This document shows positions 53,801 to 63,674 of a DNA stretch of 64,000 nucleotides, piece after piece; position 1 is the first letter of the stretch; every line of letters starts with the position of its first letter. The stretch is from Phoronis australis (lineage: Eukaryota > Animalia > Phoronida): NCBI GenBank assembly GCA_002633005.1, contig NMRA01000654.1, positions 60,120 through 124,119 on the forward strand. Direction: 5' to 3'. The notes beneath the pieces are model-generated. The model did no database searches, was not told where the DNA came from, and saw nothing but the letters and a program-made list of their open reading frames with translations. A program made the position numbers and the translations under genes.

Positions 53801-56800
53801 AATAACTATTTTCTGGTATTGAAATATATTGTGTCGCTGGATGGCGGCAAAGTAATTTGTGGTCAAACACTGAGCGCCACCTATGATTCACACGTGACTT
53901 GGATGGAGAGCCTGTATGCTTTGCGATTGTCGTTTTGTCTGAGTGCGGTTGTATGGTGTCATGTTAAAGACAAACGTGCAAAGGCGTCCATTGTCAAAAA
54001 ACATCTGTGGTTATACAGCAGAGATTGCCTTTCGTATTCGTCACCGTGGCCCATCTTGCACTCCGGAATTTGAAAGTGGGTCAAGGTGAAGTCGCTTTTG
54101 TACTTTCACATGGCTGAAGAGTTATATGTTCCGTCTTATCATGACATCTATTAGAAAACAAATAACCATCAAGGTATCAGTCTTCATAAATTAGTTACCT
54201 GCAGATGTTCGCTATCTTGTGGTCTAAAAGAACTCTGAGTAAGGATTACCTGTTCAGTAGTCACACTTCTAACCACTGTATGATGTAAGTGACCCAACAG
54301 TCAGTTTCTTGCATCGTATTTCTGTATTCGCTTTCACTGAACAAAACCCTTTGACTCACACAGGCTGTGTCTAGCCCAATACCTTGACTGAAAAAAATAT
54401 TTTTTGATAACCTAGTGTTTTGCCTCTGATGTGAACAAGAGATTTGTATTGTCATACATTACACGTCCGTGTTTTTTTTTTAGAACATAGCATTGCAAAT
54501 AAGTTAAACTTGAGTATAGTCTGCAATAACACTTAAATGACCATTATCATAAGTAACCATAATGAATTGTCTGACAGTAAAAGTATTATAATAAGATGAA
54601 CTTGGCTAGGTTAGGATGTGCAATTTTTGATAAAACAGACTCAAAAGGGTGAGTCATCTGATCTGCCGCCAAAGTCCTTGCAAAGTTGCCTCGGTCTTAT
54701 ACAGCGTAGTTTATGGTAAAGCACAATATTCATTCTGTGTCAACATTATTGTGAAAGTGAGATGTAACTGATGCCAGTTGCTTGTTTCCAATGTTGGGGC
54801 CAACCTCTACTTCTGCTCATGTGAATTTTTCTCTTGTACCTGTTGACATTCCAGTGATTGACAAGCTAGATGTGGTGAAGAAGGAGAGTTCTGGCGCCCG
54901 TGAGACCATCAGGTGGCTGGAGGCGGAGTTTAGGAAGGGCAGTAGGTGTGTCCTCGGGGTTCAGCATAGTTCCCACTCGTTTGTGTGTAACTCTTCTTAG
55001 ATTATTTTGTGAAACATCCCTCTAAATTATAATTCTTAATCAGCCATTAATTGATATATTAACTAGACAAAAATAGTTAAAAAGAGATGACTACGGTATC
55101 ATGAGAAATGATTTTAGACTGCGACTGTTAAAGTGTCTGCGTCAATAGCATAGCCTAGACTGATCTTTCCAGCTAAACAAAGTGGACTCACATGTTTGTT
55201 AACTAAAGGGACTGTCTTTTCTTTTCAGATATGTGAGGGCCCAGAAGACACATGAGAGGACCTCTGGTGGGCACCAGCATAAGTCATTGAAGAAGAAGGA
55301 TCCAGAGGCGTGGTGAGTGTGTTTTACACTAGGTGTCACCTCGTATTAAGTCTGTTAGATTTTGCCTCTTCATAGTGGATGATATGCTCATTCAATGATA
55401 TCGTGGAAGTCAGAATGGCAAAAATAATTGGACAAAATGACCCAGAATTCCCTGTCACCCGAGTCCATGCAGGATTTACTGTCAAAGATTCAATGTCAAA
55501 GTAGTTGGAGCGATGAGTCATGTCAAGTCACGGAAGGCTGGCATCCTTTGTAACCATGGAAACAGAACTGTGTCCAGTTGCATGTGACGTACTGTAAGCT
55601 GAATACAGACAAGCAGTATTGTGTATGTCTACAGCTAGTGGTGGCAGTTAGCTAGACACCTTAGGGTTCTCTTCCACCTGAGCAACCTGGACATTGGGGT
55701 TCTCATCCCACAATCTGAAACGATGTGTGCTTTTCCTAAAGTCATTTTCGAATGAATATGGGGCTTTGTATATCATAGTAACGACACTCAGTTCTGCTAT
55801 GTACGGAATTGGGGAATCATCATGTCGCCATACATGGACACGGTTGGAGTCACTCAGTTATCTGTGCAAATGAAACACTTTTCTTTTTTTATAACTTTCA
55901 TTCATTTTAGTCCCAGTGAATGTCTCTTGCATAGACATTTCATTGTATTGTGTTTAAGTCAAGCCTTCGTGTCCATTTGTATCACTGTCCTGTAGTAAGT
56001 TACTGGACAGTGAAATAACATGTCTCTCATCTACCCAGGACACTCTCGCAGATCACAGACTGCTGTCGGTATCTGTCACGTCAGAACGTTGAGTATGACC
56101 CAAAAGGCATGGTAACCATTCTGACCAATCAGAAGCTGGCTAGTCCGGACGTTTCGCTGAAAGTGAGGCAGGCTGCAGCAGCCGCAGAAAAAGAAGGTAT
56201 TTTGTGATGTCTAGTTAGGAAATCACCATTTTCACATTTCATTCATTTCCACATGTTGGAAACCACGTGCCTATTAAACTCATCTTTTGTTTTTGATGTT
56301 CCGTTGTTAAAGACCCAGCAGTGTCATCTTTGAAAAATGTCGATTTGAGTCATGTTTTAGGTTGAAGTCCTTTGTTTAGTTTCTTTTGTACAATGAATTA
56401 CTATGCAGAAGATGGCATCAGAAACTCCGTGAAGATTGGTCATTGGGTGCCATATTCACCCCAATAAGCGCCCATGCCCCAATAAGTGCCCCCCATGTGT
56501 TTTCAGACCTTGCTAAAATAAGCACCCAGCCCATGAACGTGTATACCAGCGAAAAATGCCCTTCCTACACTTCTAAAATTCTACAGTAACGTCTTAAATT
56601 TATCAATAATATCCGACAGTCCAGAACAACTCATTGTGCGCAGAGTTTCTAGACCACGGGCCACGCCGCTGTGTTGGTATTTAGCCGTGACTATACACTT
56701 CAAACTTCCGCAGTGCTTCAAAACGAATACAAACACAAAAGTTTTGGTGATCTTGCGAGGAACATGTCCCACTACAGTCAGGCCTTTCAGAACAGACGCA

Positions 56801-58020
56801 GCGTACTTATCAATGGGATTGTATTGTATCTTTCCTGTACAGATCTTCTCCCTCAACAGGAATCCAGATTACTTTGCACACGTGAAAACCGCAAATTGAA
56901 GACTAATGAAAAAACCTGACCATTGTTAAAAGCGTTGCCAGGAAGCGCGTGCTACCTACATGTAGGCCTGCTACTCTGGCAGATGAACTCTGATGACACG
57001 CACACGCTCGCTCACTTGGCACACACACGCAGACAAACTTCAAAACAAACGTCACGTGACAACTACATGCGTGTTTGTCGATGTTCGTCCATATTTTTGT
57101 CGTGTTGCGGGGTGCGATCTAACGCAGATTTGGACTTAATATGCGGTTAATACTGACTCAACAAGAACTTAAAAATCTTAGGGTTGCTATTTGGAAAACT
57201 TAAGGAGGAATTCAGGTAATTTGTTGAGTCAAAACTGTATTTTTACTCAAGAATTCATTCAAGTTACCCAATCGATGATCACGAGGCAGCGATACATCAG
57301 TCGTTGAGTTTTCGCCTTGGGATTTCCGCACCATTTTCTGAAAAAGGATCGTAATTTAACAATGAAGTTTAATAGCAATGCACCACGATTTTGTGGCAAG
57401 TCTGTCATAGGTTATATATACGTCGCAGAGCGTAAATTTGATGAATCCGAGCTTCAGATTTCACCAGTTTCGGAGACCGGGTTTCAACCGCCTTAAGGTA
57501 CAATAAGCGCACACCCCCTGGGTGCTTATTAGGGCGAATATGGTATGCAGTGTTTTTAGCGCGTGCGTGGTGTTTAGGGGTGACGGCATGGAATTTGCAC
57601 CACAGGTTAAGTGTTTGCTGATCCAGGACTGGGGTTTAGGGCGCCACGTTGTAGCTGTAATTTAGAAAGCGCAGCCTTCAACCATTCCACCCCTGTGTTC
57701 TGCTCTTGCGATTTCTGGACAATGAGCCTGGTCTTCAACTCTTTTGTTGGTAGAGCTTAAAGAGAGCAATAGCTTCGGAGGTTTTTCACCATCAAACTTT
57801 CAAGAAGTTGATTTGTTCATTAGTGGGAATTTTTTCAATGTCTATCATGTGATTAAAAATTCCTTTGCTACTGTCGAAAATTAAATAATTCATGCTTGCT
57901 ATTTCAAATAGTAAGTTGAAAATTGGCAGACGTGTTGTTTTTTCATTATCAGGTTTTTACATCCACAACGTCAACGATTTTCACAAGAAATGGAAGGAAT
58001 ATTGGAAGAGCAAGAGTTGA
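1351..58020 (+). CDS. SMG5: SMG5 / EST1B nonsense-mediated decay factor (multi-exon; 5' exon outside window, one internal exon missing)
   Basis: Spliced exons give an EST1/14-3-3-like TPR region (YGRKAEELLWRKVFYDIIQ; ACHRCLVYLGDLARYQ; GMAFNQLGTL; FEGAHGNL), an acidic/basic linker, and a C-terminal PIN-like domain (RRNQLMKDMAQLRL; YVVPDASAL; FIIIIPLAVIDKLDVVKKES; ARETIRWLE). These match metazoan SMG5 rather than SMG6/SMG7. Confidence 0.93.
1641..1718. repeat. 13-bp tandem repeat (gactggttaagta), ~6 copies
   Basis: Directly visible. Confidence 0.85.
1958..2081 (+). CDS. SMG5: SMG5 exon W2
   Basis: cttag|...|gtagga; LKEYCERLMFYDPSEYGRKAEELLWRKVFYDIIQLMKHNKK. Confidence 0.93.
2753..2909 (+). 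CDS. SMG5: SMG5 exon W3
   Basis: tgcag|...|gtaagc; NMRPNVNYESAFRTHLVAATGYYHHLLLKLQ... Confidence 0.92.
3185..3470. repeat. 45-bp minisatellite, ~5-6 copies
   Basis: Unit gtctggcctagtgcaaggtggccacatgtacatggtgg(a/t)tgtaat starting at 3241, 3286, 3331, 3376, 3421. Confidence 0.92.
4850..4951 (+). CDS. SMG5: SMG5 exon W4
   Basis: ttcag|...|gtgagt; ...EKLREWATRACHRCLVYLGDL. Confidence 0.92.
5829..5918 (+). CDS. SMG5: SMG5 exon W5
   Basis: tatag|...|gtaggt; ARYQQDYDGLRSRVLSQRYYLQALALCPDI. Confidence 0.9.
6057..7244. mobile_element. Non-autonomous TIR DNA transposon with decayed THAP-like remnant
   Basis: Imperfect inverted ends ttcaatag..ttgcgagttt and tgtgacgtcac.ggaa..ggggcaaaa at both sides; minus-strand MSKKHCCYGK*TSDS from 7077. 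Confidence 0.55.
7729..7872 (+). mobile_element. tRNA-derived SINE-like fragment
   Basis: A-box-like TGGGCCTGGTGG, B-box-like GGTTTGAATCC, A-rich tail; no intact cloverleaf. Confidence 0.45.
8072..8150 (+). CDS. SMG5: SMG5 exon W6
   Basis: ctcag|...|gtaggt; GMAFNQLGTLSGNRYYGCEAGYYYMR. Confidence 0.92.
8853..8978 (+). CDS. SMG5: SMG5 exon W7
   Basis: tgcag|...|gtgaga; MMCQSTFEGAHGNLNRLFEKNQKRF...PEQQR. Confidence 0.9.
9275..9488. mobile_element. MITE (hAT-like ends)
   Basis: Perfect 14-bp TIR CAGGGCTTGGAATT/AATTCCAAGCCCTG. Confidence 0.7.
9630..10062. mobile_element. MITE with ~50-bp imperfect TIRs flanked by TTAA
   Basis: gatcgttcacaat...gcacaaac...gctt mirrored by aagc...gtttgtgc...attgtgaactgtcc; PIF/Harbinger-like (superfamily inferred). 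Confidence 0.6.
10622..10693 (+). CDS. SMG5: SMG5 exon W8
   Basis: tacag|...|gtaagt; PKDIKRFLVRFMQLLNVLQSGSQ; ends in phase 2. Confidence 0.88.
10658..10989 (+). repeat. 51-bp tandem repeat of exon W8 3' end plus splice donor, ~6.5 copies, truncated by N
   Basis: Unit gcaatgttgaatgtactgcagagtggttcccaagggtaagtcttctacyca. Confidence 0.95.
12963..13172 (-). CDS. MAST-family Ser/Thr kinase internal exon (DUF1908 region)
   Basis: tgcag|...|gtgagt on minus strand, 210 bp, joined in phase 0 to 13651; AVTQMEGKL...[45 protein letters not shown]. Confidence 0.9.
13651..13726 (-). CDS. MAST-family Ser/Thr kinase internal exon (DUF1908 region)
   Basis: tgcag|...|gtatga on minus strand; SPSRSPGMEGETLLMNSVYRERFPK, matching the MAST motif MN.VYKERFPK. 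Confidence 0.85.
16538..16669 (+). CDS. SMG5: SMG5 exon W9
   Basis: ttcag|...|gtgagt; SKMVSAAIAFAMAIFSHIFNHALMRLQ; starts in phase 1. Confidence 0.9.
17036..17148 (+). CDS. SMG5: SMG5 exon W10 (acidic linker)
   Basis: cttag|...|gtgtgt; ELSFEDDDDLTPDDLDID...DGSK; phases fit neighbours. Confidence 0.78.
18198..18390. mobile_element. Perfect 25-bp inverted repeat pair, MITE-like
   Basis: aaaaaccggacgatcgccgcacaaa (18198-18222) / tttgtgcggcgatcgtccggttttt (18366-18390). Confidence 0.65.
18635..18722 (+). CDS. SMG5: SMG5 exon W11 (basic stretch)
   Basis: agcag|...|gtaagg; KKKRRRRRRRRRVSQ...ESDLSE. Confidence 0.85.
19807..19941 (+). CDS. SMG5: SMG5 exon W12
   Basis: tgtag|...|gtgggt; EHVHEEKDVAMLSGDSDED...ESQELRP. 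Confidence 0.78.
19913..20248 (+). repeat. 45-bp tandem repeat of exon W12 3' end plus splice donor, ~7.5 copies
   Basis: Unit gagagtctggaactgaggccaggtgggtactgaaggtgtgtgttc. Confidence 0.93.
20658..20865 (+). CDS. SMG5: SMG5 exon W13
   Basis: atcag|...|gtaagt; open frame FAVSASPEQLEGQLERLDLQ...FMQNDL; phase 1 to 2 fits neighbours. Confidence 0.75.
21669..21921. mobile_element. Short MITE-like element
   Basis: Imperfect ends cacatgcgcgtacccag / ctgggtgtacgcttgtg with G/C runs inside. Confidence 0.45.
22719..22831 (+). CDS. SMG5: SMG5 exon W14
   Basis: ttcag|...|gtgggg; FHLFPGLNLVNRQDSDSSDNEVFRAVMQGKKMVNRPP. Confidence 0.75.
23282..23471 (+). CDS. SMG5: SMG5 exon W15
   Basis: tgcag|...|gtgagt; FDKDPESAHVEDITQKIANFAIETDTD...GSVID. 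Confidence 0.8.
23918..24047 (+). CDS. SMG5: SMG5 exon W16 (copy a)
   Basis: tgcag|...|gtaagg; TELLERRLHRLLDVVSGEGLLPTVKLICDWLK. Confidence 0.8.
24700..24829 (+). CDS. SMG5: SMG5 exon W16 (copy b; duplicate, possibly assembly artefact)
   Basis: Same peptide as 23918-24047 with one synonymous change (CTG/TTG); N gap lies between the copies. Confidence 0.7.
26398..26473 (+). CDS. SMG5: SMG5 exon W17
   Basis: tccag|...|gtgtgt; SSQSLWSRLSLLLNFLPAE. Confidence 0.88.
27659..27837 (+). CDS. SMG5: SMG5 exon W18
   Basis: tccag|...|gtaata; ...ALVEDVVVRKLPPLMDAHAHLSF...DRQE. Confidence 0.87.
28809..31608 (+). mobile_element. Nested Helentron/HINE (DINE-like) non-autonomous elements with ~150-bp internal repeats
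   Basis: 5' ends ttattatgcgcccac followed by a gtcc microsatellite at ~28809 and ~29900; 3' ends (g/a)tgggcgcat (inverted subterminal repeat) + caacgc hairpin + ctcttgt/ctcgt at ~30930-30968 and ~31572-31608. Confidence 0.7.
31665..31826 (+). CDS. SMG5: SMG5 exon W19
   Basis: tgcag|...|gtgagt; AILRVCCLRKFG...RVFIGP...AQQEM. Confidence 0.88.
33215..33685. repeat. 58-bp minisatellite, 8 copies
   Basis: Unit gatttacaatacatgaggctagtcagaatagattctcatttcgtcaagtaactgaagt. Confidence 0.95.
37650..37790. mobile_element. Palindromic MITE-like element
   Basis: Ends gtccacacta / tagtgtggat; internal caagttac / gtaacttg mirror. Confidence 0.45.
42159..42406. mobile_element. PIF/Harbinger-like MITE
   Basis: TIR gggcccgttccaa.aaa / tttcttggaacaggccc with a CAG direct repeat (3-bp TSD) on both sides. 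Confidence 0.7.
45189..45645. repeat. 38-bp minisatellite, ~12 copies
   Basis: Unit atatcatatccatgRctattaacaagatRtacgttggR, degenerate at both edges. Confidence 0.93.
47833..47912. repeat. (TG)n/(TGCG)n microsatellite
   Basis: Directly visible. Confidence 0.9.
49652..51155 (+). mobile_element. Diverged copy of the HINE-like family seen at 28809-31608
   Basis: Shared 5' end (cattatgcg...atttattatgtgggtgcat), cctagtggc subrepeats and 3' end (aagcacaccatttgcg...catgggtgcatttcaac...ctcttgtt). Confidence 0.65.
51916..53131 (+). mobile_element. Second Helentron/HINE-like element
   Basis: 5' acttggcgaaat followed by its inverse atttcgccaagt; the same atttcgccaagt near the 3' end, then hairpin gctc..gagc and cttgt terminus in a T-rich site. 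Confidence 0.65.
53480..53696 (+). CDS. SMG5: SMG5 exon W20 (start of PIN domain)
   Basis: tttag|...|gtgggt; ADAEARRNQLMKDMAQLRLRAEVSQLEGSL...YVVPDASAL...FIIIIPLA. Confidence 0.93.
54855..54945 (+). CDS. SMG5: SMG5 exon W21
   Basis: tccag|...|gtgtgt; VIDKLDVVKKESSGARETIRWLEAEFRKGS. Confidence 0.92.
55229..55312 (+). CDS. SMG5: SMG5 exon W22
   Basis: ttcag|...|gtgagt; YVRAQKTHERTSGGHQHKSLKKKDPEAW. Confidence 0.88.
56039..56196 (+). CDS. SMG5: SMG5 exon W23
   Basis: cccag|...|gtattt; TLSQITDCCRYL...GMVTILT. Confidence 0.88.
56450..57543. mobile_element. TIR DNA transposon (Tc1/mariner-pogo-like ends), non-autonomous
   Basis: ccatattcaccccaataagcgcc / ggtgcttattagggcgaatatgg imperfect TIRs; flanks TG and TA; internal aataagcgc subrepeats. 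Confidence 0.7.
56581..56923 (-). pseudogene. Decayed HIRAN-like domain ORF inside the TIR element
   Basis: MVRFFH*SSICGFHVCKVIWIPVEGEDL, frameshift, then YNPIDKYAASVLKGLTVVGHVPRKI...GLE; the N..D..A and VGHVP motifs are HIRAN-like. Confidence 0.55.
57953..58020 (+). CDS. SMG5: SMG5 exon W24 (last coding exon, TGA)
   Basis: atcag|; FYIHNVNDFHKKWKEYWKSKS*. Confidence 0.87.
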
Positions 58021-59749
58021 GGGTCATGTCATCGCCTGGGGTGACTGTCAATCATCTGTGGCTGTAGAGACATGTTGAGTAAGGCAGGCTCCACAAATAC
58101 ATTAATGCTTGATCAGTTCAGTAAACAGACCCATGGGTAAAGTTCCGCCTACTTGCTTTATATGGTGTGTTGTATTGCAGCAGCCACGGTAACCTTTGAC
58201 CTCAGGTTTAGACCAATAGGTGAGCAGAGGGCAGAGCTGATCAGTCTATGTTATGATTCTTGTAGCATGTTGTACCGAAATTGGACCTTTCATTAATCAT
58301 GTCTGCACAATAGCCGATTCAATATTTACCATGTGCTTTATAAATAAAGGTTCCTCTTTTGATCATTTGAATAAGTTGAGAGCAGACAGCAGCTCAACAT
58401 CATGAATATGGCCCCCATGATTTGCCTGAACACAGATGTTTCTATGGGAGGTTCCATTACTTTACTAGAGACACTTAGTGAATTTTGAGTTCCCCTTTGT
58501 AACCTTGGTTTTTGAACCAGGACCATTCATTGTGTTTAGTTTTGAGTATTTTTGGTGTCCGTGTTTTTCTAAATTGTGTTTTGCTCTCTGAATAAGCTTT
58601 ACAGTTTTTGAGATGCCTGTACTAGTCCATAGTGGTAGATTCCCTGATACACTAGAATCCAAGATCGTTGTGTAAGCAGCCTCAGTCTTGTTTCCCATTT
58701 AGAGGTTTGAGTGTGACATCCAATCATTAAACTCTAGCTCAGTTTTCTCATTTTCATCCGTGTTTCAGTATGAAGCCAAGGTGAGATATATTGATTTTGT
58801 GCTCAAGTAAATATTTTCCGAGACGAGTACTTAATATGTGTTTTTATTTAATGACCTCTAGATTCCGTGAAGCTACGAATTCAAATTCAAAATTGTGATT
58901 TGGATTCAAATCTGAACTTAGGTCTTTAATTTTAGGATTATGAAGTGCAAACTTAGATTAGATACTCATCTGTGTCAACTGTGATGTTCTTGAGCTCAAT
59001 ATCAATGTCGCTTATCTTGCGCTCCTACTAAAATGCACCAGAATACATTAAAATTAAGCCAACTCTTGAGTTGACTTGGATTTCCGAGATCAGATTTCAT
59101 GCGCTGATTGTATACCGGTGCCACACACAGCCTGCTTTTGAAAACTGTTAACAAAGCATGGAGATTAATTTTGTAAGTTTTTTAACATCACGTACCTAAC
59201 TTTATGATTGAGCAATAGGCGGATGTAGGGGAGTTATGTGCCATTTGTGTACTGTGACTTTGTCGCTGTATGTTGTCTTTGCAAAGTATTCAAAATGTGA
59301 ACATGAGTTTTGAGTCGGAAATACCTTGTTTTTTGGAAGTTGCAAAGTTTTTCAAAGATGTGAAGTTGGGTGGATGTGGAAAGCCTTCAAACTTATTCAG
59401 CATGTGTTTAACTTTAACATTAGAAAGTATGTTCTGTTTTAATTGGTGAGAAATTAGTGCTGCTGCTAATTAGTTGTTGCTGTCTCATGCTGCAAGTATT
59501 GACCAAGTAGTTTTTCTTTTTCGTGTTTATGTGTCAATTATTGAGGAGTGTTTTTACATGTCTTCTCTTTCCTGCCTGTTTTCTCTTTTTTATTTCATTC
59601 TGTATATTCTCCATAAAGGTGCGTAATTTTGGAGAGTTGCTTTATTTTTAGATGTTTCTCTCACTGGAGGCAGATGTATTAAAACGAAATTTATCGTAAC
59701 GTGTATACATAACTTTTTATATATTTTGACGATCAAAAAGTTCTAAGAC

Positions 59750-59755
59750 AATAAA
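59750..59755 (+). terminator. Probable distal poly(A) signal of SMG5
   Basis: AATAAA with U-rich sequence upstream and GT/T-rich sequence downstream; implies ~1.75 kb 3' UTR. A second AATAAA lies at 58343-58348. Confidence 0.5.
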
Positions 59756-62700
59756 TGTGTATGAAATGGAAATTCTCTTGTTGTCTTTATAACTTTGTGT
59801 TATCATCAGAGGAATGCCACCAACCTTTAAATGCAAAATTTTCACTTTTATACAGTAAATATAATCATTCGTGGTGTTGTTGAATGATAGATGTTTTCTT
59901 CACTTCCAAAATTCAGTTACATCAGAAATGTTCGACAACTGATCACAGCTAGTCTCTTCGCCGTTGTGTGTCGCTGCGGTCAGGCTGAGCTTGTAATACC
60001 CCCTCGTCTCTGTTCATGTTATCAGGTTCAAATTTGATATGAATGGAGTCCTTGATCATGTTCTTCCAATCTGATCAATTATTGAAATGCTATCTCGGCC
60101 AATTACATGATTGTCTATAACCTCATGGTCTTTCCTTTCACACGGACCAAAGGGGCGCTTCATCGGCAGCAACAGACCATTTTTATGGGCGGTGCACCAT
60201 AGGGGTATGGGGGTCTATAGCCCCTCACTTATTTCAGTGCTGTGCTGCCCATATTGTTTGTGAAAATTTCTGAAGTAGTTTTGAATTTTCGGAAGTAAGG
60301 ATGGAATCTTTTAGGGTTAACAACAAAAGAAACATTTAGACTCCGTATGTGTAGGAAATATGATATCATCTTTAAAGGGCTTTTTTGTTTCCTTGTGTTG
60401 ATTTGGCCTAAAACCAGAATTACTACACCTCAGTGCTTACCAGAAGAAACTTGGAAATAAAATATTGAGGGAGTTTGAAACAATGAACCTTATGTCATAT
60501 TCCTCTTTGATATGTGTATAATTTCATCATACAGGGTGTTGAAGTGACTCAAACCTTGGGGAAAAGCAGAGAAACAGTTTTGAGTCATTCATTTTGTATA
60601 AAATATTTTTTGATTTTCCAAAAAGACCATTTTAATTCCAGTTTCAAAAATACTGTTTAAAATGTTAAACGGTTTACAATCGGTGAATGTTTTAACAATG
60701 TGGTGAAAAAATAATTGTTTGGGGATGGGGAGAAGTTGACGATGACTCTTCTTGTCGGAAATGTTTAATTCGGAAACTTTCTGTCCTGGTTGTTGTATTG
60801 TGTTTACCTTACCTCTGGGTTTGCACCATATCTTTATCAAAAGTTGAAGAAACTTTTGTGAAAGGTACGATGGCCTGTTATCTCCGCAGTGAACTGTGAT
60901 ATATATCGATCTCTGTAAATTCTTCTAAATTTTCCAGCACCGTCATTGTTTGTAATACTCCCATTGAGTCAGCTTCATATTATCTTTCACACATTATTTT
61001 ACTAAGTTCAGTAACTCAGACTGACATTATGCTAATTGCAAGGTTTATATTGCATATTTAATTTTGTACCTTGTAAATTTGTACCTTTAGACGATCTAAA
61101 CAAGAGCNNNNNNNNNNNGACCCCCCCCCCCCCCGTATTGGCTGTGCAAATGAAATTAGACAAGTCTCTGATTGACAAATGTAGGCAGTCAACGGATAAA
61201 GTCACTGGCCTCCTACAGAATGGATGGAAGTCGACCATAACAACCAATGTCCATGAGAGCAAATCTGAAATGTGGGGTTAACTTATCTCTCTCCGTAATA
61301 ATTTTATGTAATCCATCATGAACAAAATAATCCAAGGCCAGGTGTTTTATGACTGGTGCTTTCAATGTAGGGACAGGCTTGCTACTACACTTAACACGTA
61401 ACATCAACATAAGAAATATAATGTAGAAGTGAAGTGTAATCCAATGTGGATTCTTCAGAGAGTTTAGGAAAACTACAAGCTCAAACTTCCTCGTCTCAAA
61501 TTCTCTTGAGAAATCAGCAACAAATAATTGTAATTTAAAGTTATCAAAGAGTCAAAACATGTAGTTTTTTAATTTATTAATTTTTTTAATTTTTCAATTT
61601 CTACATCCGCCACAGCTTGCCATGTTTAGAAGCTTTGAAGGGATTGGCTGTTTAATTGCCAGTAATAAGAAAAAAAGTGTTTTCAATGATTTCTGTCAAA
61701 TTGATTTTAGAATCCCAGAGTGACAATCGCGTTACATTATTACAGATTGAGAGCTTTGAGTTGAGCTATCTTCTCCCAGAAACTGCCCATAGTATCACCA
61801 AAATAACCTCTGTGATTAGTGTTCGAACTTAATGTTTCCCTTCAGGTGATTCGAAGGCCACTATCGAATAACCGGATGACTGCGATTACAAGTTCACTTT
61901 CTTGTTTGATCTAAAAATAAACAAGACGTTTCCCTTCTCATTAGGAAATGTGCTACTGTCACGAGTCGTGAGCCCATTGCGGATCTGACTCCGCCCATCT
62001 GCCTATCGTCTGTCTATTTGAATAAACGACCACGCCCACTCGTTAAAGGACAAATCCACGCCTTCAGTGAAAAAGTAACTTTAAGATTCGGGTCATAACT
62101 TTTATTAAATCGGTGTCGGATTAGAAGTGATTTCTGGCTTTAAGAACAACTGGCACTGTTCAAAACTTCTTCATATCTGGCTCATGAAGTTTACTTGTCA
62201 CGGCGGGTTAGTGTCAGCTACCGAAGCAGTACATGTACGGGCTTCGGGGAAATTCCAGGTGTTTTAACGCAATGGGTGCAGTGGGTGAAGTAAATGATAA
62301 GAACACTATGACTTAGTTTTGCTTCAGAAGAGAAAAAAAAAACAGCTGTGAAGGAAGTCGTCAGGACGCCAGTATCAGCGCTAACGTGATTAATAGCGGC
62401 TTTAAAAATGATTTGAATGTGCATACAACAAAACAATGAAATCACGATTGGTTAGAGTGCATGGGATAAATTTGAAAAAAGGCAACACAACGTTTCGACA
62501 AGAGCACCTTCTTCAGTTGATGAGTGGTGCCGGGAATGTATGGATTCAGGTTTTAAATTGGTTCCGCGTCGTTAGGCTATCTGAGCAAACTGAAGCATGC
62601 GCATCCCATGCCAGAGCATAGATTCGAGTCATCCAATGCAGAAGGAACGATGGTACGTGTACTTGTATATATGATAAAAAGGAATGAAATGATTCCTACG

Positions 62701-63674
62701 TATCGTATATCCACGTCCCATAATCCGTGGAGTGTTAAACGTTTCGCGCTACCCGTAAAAAGGCCCGGGACTAGTAACAGCATGGTGTACATGCACTACA
62801 AGGGCTCGACACTTACCTGCTTGGGTGCGGTTCGGGTGTGCTCACGCGTCCTCGCACATCCTATTCCCCTCTCGCGCACCCGATGGCCACTCCCTCGGAC
62901 TCATATTTCGCTATCCGGGACCAGGACCAAATTTTGACACGTCGGTTAAAGATATATTGAAAATGCTTTTGAACTCTCTTTGAGCTTAACAACACATGTT
63001 CACAGAGAAATCTATGCGCTTGAATTTTACAAGTAATGACCATCTCAGTGTCCACATTTAAATGCTGAGAATTACAAATACGAACAAACCGATACCTCAT
63101 AACGTTTTTGTGTGAAAACAGAAACTGTGCCGTACAAGTGCACCTTTTGGCTCGTACGTCTGTAAACACGTAAATATGATGGCTGAGTCGAAGCCACACT
63201 AGTCTGGTTAACACTCCGTTACAAAAAATCTTATCGGTGTTTCGTGCACATGTTCTTAAACTTCTGCGGGTGTTGGGAGGTACCTTGTACTGTGCCGTGA
63301 CAACTAGTATTTTTCATGTGTCTGTCTATTTTTTACTTTTCAATTTGCTATGTACTGTAGTTATGAAGTGAAAACATCAGTTTGATGAAACGTAGTCACC
63401 ATTCTGACGACAAGCGCCGTGCATCTTGATTGTGAGACAAACCTGATTATGGAACTCCAAGTCGTCACGTGTTTTAACGCGTGCTATCCGATAACTCTTT
63501 TACGCGTTATTTTATCACTGCCTGATATAATAACGCATTGATTGGCTCTGAAGATTTGTGTAGCACGTCTATTGTCTTACTTTCGTAAGAGTTATAAAAT
63601 TTTCAATACTCTGCTTCTAAACTTTTGACTTTTACCATACTGAGATTCCAATATACAATTATTGAATTTCAACG

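Noticed and set aside
62218-63214. Cluster of 60-117 aa ORFs downstream of SMG5
   Set aside because: No recognisable motifs or exon structure; consistent with chance ORFs.
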